Assembly (NCBI RefSeq): GCF_009834535.1
Contig: NC_045696.1
Span: forward strand, 6,572,001 to 6,636,000
Source of the DNA: Camelus ferus
Taxonomy: Eukaryota
Direction: 5' to 3'
DNA: 64,000 bases
Shown here: positions 24,931 through 37,699 of the stretch, piece after piece
How the letters are laid out: each line of letters opens with the position of its first letter
Position numbering within the stretch: position 1 is the stretch's first letter
The notes under the pieces: generated by a model
What the model was told of the DNA's origin: nothing
Databases searched by the model: none
Seen by the model: only the letters and a program-made list of their open reading frames with translations
Translations under genes and position numbers: made by a program

Positions 24931-26444
24931 ACCCTGTGAAATAATAAATTTTCATTGCTTTAAGTCACTATGTTTTAGGATAATTTGTTATGAAACATGG
25001 ATAACTAATATAAATAAATAAAAAAAAATAAAGCCAAGAAAATATTTATATATAACATAGTAATATCATCAAAAGCTTCTGTAACACAGCACTAAAACTT
25101 AGTAGAAAAATAAGAAGAACCTGTAAATAAATAATTCAGAAAAAGAAGTGCCAATTACCAAAATATGCAAATACTCAACTTTTCCAAAATCCAAAGTAAT
25201 GTAAATAAGAAAAACTATGTTACATTTTTCACTTATCAGATTAGCAAAAATTTAAATAAGAGCCTTAATGTTAAGGAAAAGATGATAAAAGCTGAACTCT
25301 CCCTCAGTGATAGCAAGGCTATGAATTGACACAATACTTCCAAAGAAAATGTGGGTCTACAGTCCCCGAACTTAATGCCACTCCTGAAACCAATGACGTC
25401 TCCAGGGATTTCCCTGTAGGAAATTATTAAATAAATAACTTAATTAAGTATTAACTATACATTGAAAGGAGACTCATCTCAACATAAATGGTCATTTTCA
25501 CAAGGTGATTTGGGTGATGTTTCTTTAGAAGTCTTTGTATTTTCCCAGTTTTTCTGCAATATTTTTATAAACAAACAAGTATTAATTTTCAGTAAAAAGA
25601 GAAAATTGTCTATATATAAGTATGAAATGTAAAATTGTCAGTCAAGAAATGTTCAAGACACATACAATGCCCACCCTCTAGCTTTTTAAACGTCCATCTT
25701 TCTAGGTCACCTGAAAGCTTACTAGGTAAAAGCTAAACTCACTTAAGGGAAAATGAATTATGTGCTTAATATGTACAGGGCACTTTCACATGTGTAAACT
25801 TTTTACCTCCTGCAGGGAACATTTTAAATCCCAGGGTTTCAGATTAGGAAAAGGAAACTCATCAATGTCATATGATTGTCTCAAGATTCCACAGACCACT
25901 GAGCTGGGACCGATCTCAGAGCATGTGAACACAGAGTTAAGTGCTTTCCAAGATCCAGCAGACCCTTCATCCTGCAGAAATGTCTTCCATTCATAACTGA
26001 AGGTGGCCAAGGGCTGGACATTGTCCTGCAAGATAAAGGCAAAACTTGAACTGACCAGGCATGAGGTCAAATCATGGTGACTGCCAGGTCCTCTCCCTCT
26101 GCCATCACTCCAGCTGTATGCTCCAACAGCATGGGCTTCTGATGCTCTTCAGTGCACATCCCTCATTCCTAACCCCAAACTTCTCATCTGGATTTGGAGA
26201 ACATATTTTGCCACACTGTTTTGACTCTGATCTTGTCAGAGGGCAGTGCCAGCACACACATTCTTCACACTCCAGTCCTTTGGGGCTACCTGCTCAGCTC
26301 AGGTCCCTAGCCCCCAGCTGAGACAGAAGTTACTTCAAGGTTAGCTATTTTCTAATTATCCCCAAGGTTTTGATTGTTTCCAAGACTTGTATGGTCTAGA
26401 AGAACAACAACTAAACATTGTTTCCAGATAAAATTTTGTTCTAC

Positions 26445-26740
26445 CCAAAACAGACTCACAGACATAGAAAACAAACTATGGTTACCAAAGGGGGAAGGCT
26501 GGGGAGGGCTAAATTAGGAGCTTGAGATTAACAGGCACACATTACTATATGTACAATAAATAAACAACAAGGGCCTACTGTATAGCACTGGGAACTATAT
26601 TCAGTGTCTTGTAATAACATACAATGGAAAAGAATCTGAAAAGAAAAAATACATACGTATGTACATGTATAGCTGAGTCACTTTGCCGTGCACCTGAAAC
26701 TAACATTGTAAGTCAACTACACTTCAATAAAATTTTTTAA
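26445..26740 (+). mobile_element. 5'-truncated L1 3' end with TSD
   Basis: cagactcacagacatagaaaacaaactatggttaccaaaggggg...acttcaataaaa. TSD aaaattttgttctac (26430-26444) / aaaattaggttctac (26741-26755). Confidence 0.9.
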
Positions 26741-27969
26741 AAAATTAGGTTCTACGCAGGGCTGCTTTCTTCCAGCAACGTGCATGCACACGTACACATG
26801 CACACAACACACACACACACACAGAGCCTGAATAAGAAGCCTGGCACTACTTGGCAGGCAGACTAAATGGGCGTGACTTCCTGGGAATGAGCCTTTCCAG
26901 CAAACCTAAGAGGGTTTCAAGTGGAGAAAGCTCTCAAGTGAAGAGCATCACGTTTCAGTCTGTGCCCTTGAGCACATACCTAATGCTGCTAATTCTGGGT
27001 ATTGTTTCCTAATATTTGGACAACAGTAAGCACACAGTCACACAGTAGATTCCTAAGCCTGATCTTTGTTGCTTAATGTCTTGCTGCCAGATTGTTCCAA
27101 CAACGCCCTGGCGCAGTGAGAGCCCCCCCCCCCCGCCCTTCACCCCGCAATCAGGAGGTCGAGAGGTGGCCCTGACAAGGCCAGAGGACGTCCATCATGG
27201 CGCCTGTACAGACGTGATGTTGAAGGAGCTGATGGCTTAATCAGCTGGTCCCACTGGAAAGACTTTGAATGAAGAATGTTCCGTGTTTGCAGACATAAAG
27301 CGTGAAGGTCGTGGGAAATAGATAAGGTAACTTAAGATAAATGGGAAATCTCACTTCCTGTTGAGGATTAATAACCATATTCCTTTTGACTTCCTCTAGG
27401 TGACAAGTTGATAGTTCTTTTATTTTTTGGTATAAAAAAGTTTTAAAAATGTAAAATCCTAGCGTCCTGAGGAGGCTTGCTGTTCTCACTGTTAACGTTC
27501 TCTGAACTGAAGACAATTCTATGGGAAAAGTGAGTCTTCGATCATTCAGTGTTTGAATTTTAACCTTCTCCTGGGCAAGACCTAGAGGCAAGGTTGAAAT
27601 ATGCCTCCAGAAACATGGGTATAATTTATTTTTAAGTTTAGACACAATTGTGCAACTGTTTAAGAGGTATTTAATTAAAGCCACGCCAAGAAGGAGAAAT
27701 CTGGCGAAATTTGGCTCTGAAAGACCATCTGGGGCGTGCCTGTCAGTTCCCCAGCTTGGTGCAAACATCCAGGTTGAGCTTTAATTTTTTGTGATCCTGC
27801 TGTGATTAGCTGCCCTTACTGGATCCCCACATATTACTGAGGATGGGCCTGGACCCTTCATGGGGCTGTGGGCGGTGATGGGAGGTGCCTGTTAGGCTTC
27901 TCAAAGATGCAGAACCAGGCCTGCTGTCCCCAGCCTCCAAGGGCACAGATCAGCTGGGGGAAGAGGAGG

Positions 27970-28322
27970 TGTTCAGGGCTGAATTGTGCCCCCCAAAAGA
28001 TGTTGAAGTCCTTAGGACCTTTGAATGTGACCTTATTAGGAGATAGGGTCTTTATGGAGGTAATCAATTTAAAGTGGGGTCATTAGGGTGGACCCTAATC
28101 CAATATGACTGGTGTCCTTCTAAAAAGGGGAAATCTGGACCCAGAGACAGATAGGCATGGAGAGAAGATGATGTGAAGACAGGGAGAAGATGGCTGACTA
28201 GGAGGAACTAACCCTGTTAGTTCTAACTTCTAACATCCAGAACTGTTGAGACAATACGTTCCTGGTGTTTAAGTCAGCCACTTCGTGGTAGCTTGTTATG
28301 GCGGCCCCAGGAAACCAATATA
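27970..28322 (+). mobile_element. MLT1 (MaLR) solo LTR
   Basis: tgttcagggctgaattgtgcccccc...gaatgtgaccttatt...ccctaatccaatatgactggtgtcc...ggaaaccaatata. Confidence 0.85.
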
Positions 28323-28784
28323 GGAGTCAGGTGGCTTCCGCCACTGTAGGGTTTTGACAAGACAGGGTAGGTGAGATCAGTTGCAATGCCCTCCGAGTCT
28401 ACTTGAAAACAGCTGGTACCTAGACCTCTCTGCTGGGACTTGTGACTGAATGAAGGCAAAACTTTGGGGTGGATGGAAGGGTTTGATCTGTGCCATGCAA
28501 ACCCCTTCCTAGGTGAACAGAAGGAGGACAAAGGTCCAGATATTTGTTTTTCTCTTTTCACAGTGTATTTATACAAAGTCTTCAGTTACTAGACCCTCCT
28601 GGAGAGAGCAGTTAATAAATGACTACTCCAGGAAAAACAAGGCTGGGTCAGTGCCCTGTCCAGACTCCCCTTTGCAAACTTTAGTGATGGTCACTGAATT
28701 ACCCCCTGGAGATAATCAAGTATCTCCTCTGCAATCAAGAAAGGATTCATAATTGCATTCATTTCAGGATATAAATCATTGGTT

Positions 28785-28900
28785 CTCAGATTCTAATGTT
28801 CATAGGATTTTCCTGGAGGTTTGTTAAAATTCAGATCCCCAGAATCCTCCACAAAGCTTCAGAATCTCTGGGGGTGGGACTTAGAAATCTCTAATTAATC
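28785..28900. mobile_element. MER5-type remnant
   Basis: ggttctcagattctaatgttcataggattttcctggaggtttgttaaaattcagatccccag...cagaatctctggggg. Confidence 0.55.
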
Positions 28901-29744
28901 ATCCTCCCTTTTCCCCCTTCCTCACCCTAGGATACAGGCAACTTGATCAACCTTCTTTGAGAAATACTGTTGCAAATGACTGATTCAAGTATGTGGCTGT
29001 ATTTCAGTGATATCTGAACATTTGGAAGCAATACAATATCTGTAGCTAGTGCCAAAAAAAACGAAGATCTGACTGTGGAATGTTAGGCTTTGGTGAGCTA
29101 GATGGTGGAGACATCTCCACAAAAAGCTCCTTGGCTAGGCTCATTCCTCCAGTAAATGGTAAGTTACTGGATTGGAGAGTCATATCTCTATCTTTCAGTC
29201 CTTGTGTCTTTCTGATACCTAGGTATACAGGGTGGTTCCCTGCAATGGTGACTGTCAGTCTAGATCAGATGGCACAGTGGGGAGCCAGGACACCCAGTAT
29301 AGTGAGCCATGGTGTATTGATATGTCTAATTCCATTTAGAAACACCACACTTCTGCCTGGAGAAAAAGCGACTTTACCACATGCGATGGAAGGGACAACC
29401 AGGAGAGTGTGTGGAAAGCAAACGGCTGTGTCAAGCATGAGTCCCTATTTCTGAATGATTCTATGGTTCATCTTTGGCCACGTGGTGACTCATTTTCTCA
29501 AAGGCCAGAAAGTGGCAGAGCAGATGCCTAAGCTGCACGTGAAATTTACTGGAGAAGATTTTAAAGTGAAAAACTTTATGATTTATCAATGACCCATAGA
29601 TTTTTTTTTCTGTAAATTGATAGATTTTGGTCTAGTGAAGGAACACCTCAGACCAGTTTTAGAGCTGGATTGGAGATTCTTTTTTCTTGAGGAAATCCAC
29701 TTCCACCAAGCTTTGAAATTATGGTCCAGGATTTCCTTAATAGA

Positions 29745-29777
29745 CTGTGTGTGTTTGTGTGTGTGTGTGTGTGTGTG
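29745..29777. repeat. (TG)n microsatellite
   Basis: Interrupted TG run. Confidence 0.9.
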
Positions 29778-31291
29778 GCGGTGGGGAAGTTGTGTATGTG
29801 AAAACTTATCACTGGAACCTGTCCAGTAACATAGTGTATTTTAAAGATGCTGTCTAAAATTGAGCAAAAGTTCTTAGGGATGTGGTAAAGAGAAGTGTTT
29901 AAATGGCATACAAGTAAAATTTCAAGGAGTACAGGAAAATAGCACCTTTCACTTACATGGAGCTATGTTATTTTACTTACTTTATTTTTGTATTCTTCAT
30001 ATATTTATTATATAAAATTGTATTTTATGTTATATATTTATTTACCTATAATAAATTTTTATATTTATATAATACATTTTATATTAAAAACATATGTGGA
30101 TATGTTTTAGAGTAGACTGGAAAATTGATGTGTTTTAGAAATAAATTTCAAAGAAATGTTATGTTTGCATTGGGAGCCAGCTACTCAGATACTACAATAT
30201 AAAAATACAATTATATTAAGTGGGAAAGTACAGGACAAATACAAATACAGCATAAATACAGTCTTATGGGATAAGAAAATAATATGTATGTATCAGAAAA
30301 CAGCTATCTTTAATGACAGAATTGGGGGATTTTTATATTCCTCTGTATGCCATATTTTTATTGTTCACATTTTCCAAAAAGAACGTGTGTATTACTTACA
30401 TAATCAGAAAAAAATACACAATTCACTTCCAAATTTTCCATGCAGTTTCCTATTTACTTTAATTATATTTGTAAATCTATTTTCTAGATGATATTATAAG
30501 CTCTTGGTCAAACCATAAACAGAACTTTTCAGGATTCAACACTCCAATTGCCAGGGGAACACCATTTCCCAGCTTCAGATCTGTTTTTATGTTCCTGCTT
30601 ATGACCTGGCTCTCAAATTCTGTTTGCGTTATTTCCAGTAAACACTCTTCTAGCTAAAAGAACATTCACATACACATGTCTCTTTCATCATATAGTGAGT
30701 AATCGATGTTAATTCCAAGGAGCTTTTTGAGCAGTCTCAGAAATATTTACTCTAATGTTTTCGAAGTAACAAAACACTTTGATCCCTTTTAAGCTTTCTA
30801 CATTGTGGGGCAGGACTGCAGAGTTCAAGGGTATATCTGTCTTGGCAAGGTTTAAAATGTGAGTTCACTCGAGGAGGAAAGAGTTGTTAGTAAATGAAAC
30901 CCCACACACTCTGGTGCCTGTGTGCCATGCCAGGTACCAGGTCCTGATTCTTGGCACCCAGGGAACTTGCTAGAAGCAAGTGGTCATATTTGAATCATGT
31001 GTTATAAGGAAGGCACTACCAAGGACAGTTCCCGACTCTAGGAAAGGTGATTAACATCAACTGGAAAAACAAACCCCTTTTCACCTCCTCTTGAGACTTT
31101 CATTAAAAGTGTTTATTTGTAGGTGGTGGGGATTAAGGGAAAAGGTATTTTGGATGTTGGTGCAGGACCAGATGCTGAGATGCTGGCTTTCAGCTTGTGA
31201 TGAGATTATATAATGTGCCCTTGCGTAAGAACTGTTTAACCCCTTCTAGTTAGGGATCTTGCTAACTGAAAACAGGCTTCCTTATTTTTGT

Positions 31292-31693
31292 TCCTTTTTT
31301 TTTAAATTGAAGTCTAATCAGTTTACAATGTTGTGTCAGTTTCTGGTGTACAGCATAATGTTTCAGTCATCCATATACATACATATCTTCTTTTTCATAT
31401 TCTTTTTCATTATAGGTTATTATAAGATATTGAATATAGTTCCCTGGCTATACAATAGAAACTTATTGTTTATCTATTTTATACATAGTAGTTAATATTT
31501 GCAAATCTCGAACTCCCAGTTTATCCCTTCCCATCTCCTTCCCTTCCTGGTAACCATAAGTTTGTTTCCTATGTCTGTGAGTCTGTTTCTGTTTTGTAAA
31601 TAAGTTCATTTATATCATTTTTTAAGATTTCACATTAGTGATACAATATGCTATTTTTCTTTATTTCTGGCATAATTCACTTAGAATGACATT
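31292..31693 (-). mobile_element. L1 3' end running into an assembly gap
   Basis: Poly(T), then aaattgaagtctaatcagtttacaatgttgtgtcag...ggtaaccataagtttgtttcctatgtctgtgagtctgtttctg. Confidence 0.9.
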
Positions 31694-31875
31694 NNNNNNN
31701 NNNNNNNNNNNNNNNNNNNNNNNNNNNNNNNNNNNNNNNNNNNNNNNNNNNNNNNNNNNNNNNNNNNNNNNNNNNNNNNNNNNNNNNNNNNNNNNNNNNN
31801 NNNNNNNNNNNNNNNNNNNNNNNNNNNNNNNNNNNNNNNNNNNNNNNNNNNNNNNNNNNNNNNNNNNNNNNNNNN
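31694..31875. other. Assembly gap (182 N)
   Basis: N run. Confidence 0.99.
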
Positions 31876-33059
31876 CTTCTCGAATTAGAGTTCCCTTTGG
31901 ATATAGAACAGGCTTCCTTATTGATTTTTGTGATGTTTTGGTAGTTCTTGCTTAATATTTTCTCTCTCAAAATTTGTTTAAGATGATTGTTTTTTAACAA
32001 TTCTTTACAGTGGTATGATGAGAGAGATGATTCTTTTCTCCCATTTGGAGGGAGTGAATCCAAGCACAAAAAAGGAGGTGAGTTTCTAGGAGGGAAAACA
32101 GGGATGAACTTGACACCTTAGAGGACAGACCACTCCTCTCTCCAGACAGTGATTCGTACCATTGCACACCCACCTGCCCCATCCCAGCACAACCAGATCT
32201 GAGTGCTGGCCGTGAAGGTTACTGTCATGTCAGCATTGCCATTGTAAACTGGGGCCAATTCTGCCCCAGAATCAGTCTCCCAAGATGGGAGAAGGAGCCT
32301 GCTACCTACAACTGGATACCTCTGCTCTGTCGGGTTTCATGCCAGGTCATTTCTTTAATCTTTTCAACTTGGCTGTGAGGTTGACATTACAGGTGAGCAA
32401 ACTGAGACTCAAAGAGGTTAAGGGAAAAACCCAAAGTCATGTGTGTAGGTGGCAGAAGTGAAATTCAACCTACAGTTGCTTTGAAGGCTGAGCTGTTTTC
32501 CACATACTATGCTCCCTTGTTTTTTTAAACTTGTCTTTCAAGTAGAATAAAAAGAAGCCAAGAGAAAGATACACAGATGAGAAAGGAGCTAATTTCCAAG
32601 ACAGACAGGTTTTCTTTCATGTAAAGATTAAGTTCTGATGGTACCTTTTTGCCCTTTCAAAGCTCAAAGCCTTAAACAGAGTATTGAATGAATGAGTCAT
32701 ACCTGTGACCAAACTACGTACATTCGAGGCCAGCCTCAGAATCAAAGCAGTGGGATCGTCTTCTCATCTGTACATAAGGGCAGCCTAATCCACGCCTCCT
32801 GCTGCAGACTTCTCTTGAGACCAAGCCCAAGTCCGAGGTTTGTTGATGACCAAGCACCAGAGGTGTTTCTACCGTCACCCTTGTTTTTTCCGAAGTCTGG
32901 CCTTTGTGTAGGTGCAGTGAGAAGGGCAGCCAGAATTTCTTCTACACAACTTGAAAGTGAAGGAAATCATTAATTTCGTTCCTCTGGACATGTCATCCTA
33001 AAGGATCAAGACTCACAATCTACAGTCTGGATCTTTTCAGTTGATCAAATATGCAAGTA

Positions 33060-33197
33060 AGTAACTTTTCTTTATCTTCAAGCCAAAATAACTAGAATGA
33101 GGTTGAATAGAAACAAATTCAGTGGTTCAGTAACTTTTCTTTATCTTCAAGCCAAAATAACTAGAATGAGGTTGAATAGAAACAAATTCAGTGGTTC
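33060..33197 (+). repeat. Perfect tandem duplication, 2 x 69 bp
   Basis: 33060-33128 is identical to 33129-33197 (agtaacttttctttatcttc...aaattcagtggttc). Confidence 0.95.
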
Positions 33198-33530
33198 TTG
33201 ACAAGCCATAGTCCTCTGAGGAACAGAGAACCTGGGAATAGGCACCCCAGTGTACCCCTTATGGCCATATCCTGGACAAATACCTTGACAAATAGAGCCA
33301 TGCAAATTTTTCATTTTTCAGGATCCTACTTAGAATCCACATGTGGGGCCCAGAATGTGTTTAATACACCTGGATTCTGGGAGCCAGGGCTGGGTATGGG
33401 AGGGGCATAACCTGTCTCTGTGGAATAAAGAAAAAGGAAGTTGAAAGAGGGATGTGGGTTGGGGGTACCCTGAGAGGTGGGTAGAGGGTTAGAGCCCTAT
33501 GCTAAGGTAAAATCTAGATCAAGAAGAAAC

Positions 33531-33664
33531 TGGGGGAGGGCATAGCTCAAGCGGTAGAGCGCATGCATAGCATACACAAGGTCCTGGGTTCAATTCCCAT
33601 TACCTCCTCTAAAAATGAATAAATAAGTGAACCTAATTACTCTTCTCAAAAAAATTAAAATTAT
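33531..33664 (+). mobile_element. tRNA-Ala-derived camelid-type SINE
   Basis: gggggagggcatagctcaagcggtagagcgcatgcatagcatacacaaggtcctgggttcaattccc. Exact 10-bp TSD aagaagaaac (33521-33530 / 33665-33674). Confidence 0.92.
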
Positions 33665-33738
33665 AAGAAGAAACAAGGATAAGTCGGGGGTTTTCAGATT
33701 ACCCAGAAACTCCATGGGAATTGAAGTACCAATACTAG

Positions 33739-34063
33739 TGTAATGGGTTGAACAGTGTCTCCCCAAATGTTCATGTCAGTCCAGAACCAAGTAAGAATGT
33801 GACCTTATTTGGAAACAGTCTTTGCCGATGTAATTAAAGATCAAAATGAGATCATGACAGACTAGCACCGGGCTTAAGTCCAGATGGATACCCTCAAAGA
33901 GGGGACAGCACAGAGACACACAGAGAAGGCCACAGGCGGAGGGAGGCGGAGACCAGTGTGTGGGAGCGACAAGCCAAGGAGCACCAAGGACTGCTTGCTG
34001 ACCCCTTGCTTTTAGAGCTCTGGCCCTCAGGACCACAGGAGAGCAAACTGCTGTTGTTTTATA
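33739..34063 (+). mobile_element. MLT1 (MaLR) LTR
   Basis: tgtaatgggttgaacagtgtctcccc...gaatgtgaccttatttggaaacagtctttgccgatgtaattaa...gccaaggagcaccaaggactgc. Confidence 0.85.
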
Positions 34064-34519
34064 AGAGAATAAATGGTCGTTGCCATTGTGGGCATTCAGA
34101 GACAGAGCTTTTCACAGAAGCCCGTGGGGAGCCCGGGAGCCAGAAGCTGTTCAGGCACAAAACCACTTCAGACATTTTAACGGCAAGGGAGAAGGAGGAA
34201 GGGGGCCTTTGAAGGTGGAGTTAACTGGAGGAGGACGCCCACCCGGTCCAGGCAGTGAGACTGCTCCGTGGTCCCTGATACGCCCTTGGAGGAGGCGTTC
34301 TGACCCCAGCGGGCCCAGGGCAGATCTGGACCACCCTGGAGCGTTAGTACGATCTTGTGTTTTCTCACTGAGAAGAGAATCCCCCCCAGCAAGTGAGCGA
34401 AGACCTGGCGTGAGCCGCTGCTGCGCTATCCCAGCAGGACGAAGGCCGGTCGAGAAACCGTCAGTCGCTGACAATTTTTGACCAAGTTAAAGCCATAAAG
34501 CCTGTTGACCCCACGAACA

Positions 34520-35000
34520 CTTTACTATTTCCTGACAATAGTACAACGACCAAAGCTGGGATTTAACACTGCCATAATGCTTATCTAACCCACTGTCCAT
34601 GTTCAAATTTTGTCAGTTTTTCAGATACTATCATCTCTGAGTGTTTTGTCTTCCCTCTGGCCCAGGATCTAGTCGAGGATCATGCATTGCATTTAGATGT
34701 CATGTTCCCTGGGGTTTTCATCGGAAACAATCCCTCAGCTCCCTTCTAAAGGAATTTTGTGACCTTCATAGTTTTGAAGCATATGTGCCAGGAATTTTGT
34801 AGACTGTTTCTCGCTTCGGATTTGTCTTATATTTCTTCATGATTAGATTCCAGTTATGTATTTTTGTCCGGAAAACCAAAGAAATTGTTGTTTTCAGGGC
34901 GTCGTGATAGGAGGCACATGGTGTTAGCCTGTCCCAATGTAATTCCTGCAAACTTTCGTCACTTGATCTGAGGGTGCACCCTGATTAATCCTAAGCTACT
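34520..35000 (-). mobile_element. Old L1MC/ME 3' UTR fragment
   Basis: caggatctagtcgaggatcatgcattgcatttagatgtcatgt...gatttgtcttatatttcttcatgattagattccagttatg. Confidence 0.7.
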
Positions 35001-35030
35001 GTTTCCCTCTGCCTAGAAATCATTCCTAAA

Positions 35031-35479
35031 GTGTGTAGAGACCTGGACTCCAATGTCAGATGCGCGACCTCTGCAAGAAGATGGCCCAAGACGCAGGCGA
35101 GGAATTGGAGAGAATCACCTCCTACCACCTCAAGGAGATCCGCTTCCAAGAGAAAAGAGCTGAGGAAGGCTGGCTGGCGGTGCCGGCCACCGAGAGAAAG
35201 CTCCAGGAGCTGCGACAAGAGAGTGACTGCACCAGACAGATGCTGGCCCAGGTCGAGTCCAATATCCAGCCTCCCCCCAGGGGCCCTGTTGCTCCTGCTG
35301 CTCCGCCCGCAGCCCCCAGGGGCCCAGCAGTGTCGGGGGGGGGGCCTGGGCCATCAGGCCCCCCGGGAAGGAGGAGGGCACCGCGGTGAGGGAGCAGGGA
35401 CCTGTGGTCACCTGCAGGTGTGACTCAGCTCACAGCAGCCGGTCCAGACACTCACAACCACAGCACAACATCTGCATGT
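35031..35479 (+). pseudogene. Partial (3'-only) duplicate of the cTAGE5/MIA2-like retrogene
   Basis: Aligns to 39145-39592 with 13 substitutions and 2 indels by hand count. Encodes MRDLCKKMAQDAGEELERITSYHLKEIRFQEKRAEEGWLAVPATERKLQELRQESD, lacks the N-terminal three-quarters and abuts an L1 remnant. Confidence 0.85.
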
Positions 35480-36167
35480 TTCTTTCTTATATTAATGTCG
35501 ATGTATTTCTTTTCAGTTTAGCTCCTGCTGTTTAACTGATGCCGCAATTGCTCTTATAGAAGTTTGGTATGTAATTTTAAGTTAGTATTTTTAAATACAA
35601 ATTTGTTCATATGATGCTTATGAATACATTATTTCTCCATCAATGGACCCTTTAGAATTAGTGTAAATTTTATATTTTGACTTAAATGAAATGTCTACCA
35701 TGATTTATGCCTCCTCAAACTCTGACACGGAGAGAAACGTTCAAAACCATGCAGACCGTTTCTGTCTGCGAGGACCTGCTACGAGAAACCTGTACGAGTG
35801 ATTTAATATCTGCAGGGAGGAATTTAAACTGGTTTTAAAAATGAATGCAAAAGAAACCTTGAAAACGACGACACAACCTTCAAGTTCTGTAACATTTTTA
35901 TTCGGGTGGCGGTAAATTCATTGATTAGTTTAGGGGCATTGATATTTCTCAGTCATTGGTTTCTTCTTTAACATTTTTTTAAACAACGTTGTTGTGGTAT
36001 AGTTTCTGTGCAGTAAACTACGCATATTTCAGATGCACAGTTTGATTTAAATGAAACGTCCACCTTTGCCGTAAACTTATTTTGCTTAAAATACTGTGTG
36101 TGGTTTAACTATTTCTAATACTTAGCAGTCAAAATTAAAGTCTTCCCTTCATGGCAAACAAACCCAC

Positions 36168-36211
36168 TCACACACACACACTATTACACACACACTCACA
36201 CACACACACAC
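36168..36211. repeat. Interrupted (CA)n microsatellite
   Basis: Seen directly. Confidence 0.9.
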
Positions 36212-37699
36212 CAGGTTGGGGCAGCTCAAAGGGGACACTGAGGAGGAAAGGCTGGCATCACTCTGCACAGGAAGGGGACCCTGGGAACAGAGTAAGCGGA
36301 GAAGACCCTGGGACGAAATGAAGCCTGGGCCCCGAGTGCTGACCCGCAGGAGGCACAGGCTGGTCCAGGACGTGGTACTTCCACTTCCCTCAGCAGAAGA
36401 AGCAGGAAGGAGGGGCTCACATCCTGGAGACAGTGGGGCAGACCTCAGGGGACACTGTGAGATCTGGGGGACCAAACCCCCACCTGGCTACATGTCAAGT
36501 GTCACCTAAGAGTTACAAATGACATATGCTTGTAGTAACAATATCAAAAATTTTAGAACATGTTTTTAAAAACAGAAAAGAGGAAGGAAATAGGAAGACA
36601 GAAGAACAGAGGAGAGGAACTGAAGAGAAGACAAAAGAGGTGCAGACAGGGGAGGGAGGGGGAGGATGGGAGGGGCGAGGGAAGACCACTTCCTGCTGCT
36701 TTAAATTCCCGTCCCCAGAAGGCGCTGGAGAAGTGCTATACGTCCAGAACTTGTCTGGAATTCTCTCGCTATATACCGTCTGGCCCCGAGCTGTTTTAGG
36801 CAATAAAACACCCTGGACCTCTTGATGGGCCAATAGTTTTCATGCTGTTTCTCTCATCTTAGGGCTAGCTGAGTGCTCGGGAGAACACTGCCATTTCTTT
36901 CACCCACGCGTGATCTATTTTAAAGATCAACCACGTGCACTTGCAGACGTGGTTCTGACGGCCCTGAAAAGGCCCGACTTCCCTGGGAGGGTTCCTGCCC
37001 CCAGCCCACCCTTTCAGCCCTGGGGCTCTTGGACCTGGCATCCATCGGGACCCTTGAAAAGGTCTCAGATGCCAGTTCCCTTGGTTCCCTGTGCAGTAAA
37101 GGAATGGAGGACGAGGTGCTGGGACAGATCCAAGAGTCTGACTAGGAGTCTCTGAGCCCGGGTGTGCCAGAGAGATACTAGGGGAGCACGACGTGGTTTA
37201 GTGAAATAAATGGGGCCAAAAGAAAGGCCTGTCCCCTTACACAGAGGCCACTTCTGAAGATGGCTCAGTGGACGGGAGACCCCCATCAGGCCCACCTTGG
37301 GAAGTACGAGCTGAAATGGCAGGACCACCTGGGGACACAGCCCATGTCACTGTGTCCCTCCTGGAACAGAATCAGCCCCTTCTAGGAGCCTTAAATTCAA
37401 CAGGAACATGCTGGCTCCACAGATAACACAGGATTGTAAGACCCTGAAATTCAGACTGATTCCTCCTGAGTTGTTACCATTGGAATCCTGGTCTCACACG
37501 TAATATCGTCGAGAAGACCTTTCAGACTGGGGCCCTGTCTTCCCACAGTGACCACACAAGGGGGAGGGTGGTCTCAGAGCAGGGGGATCCCCGGGACCTC
37601 TGGGGCAGGACCAGCTGTCTCTGCAGCAGAGGGAACCCTTAACTCAGGAGCCTGGCTCTCACCAGAACAGGGTCCCACCACTCTGCCCTGACCTCCTCT

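Noticed and set aside
35031-36200. Partial copy as an independent 5'-truncated processed pseudogene
   Set aside because: No poly(A) tail or TSD is visible, and flank homology extends into CA-rich sequence shared with the main copy. DNA-level duplication fits better.
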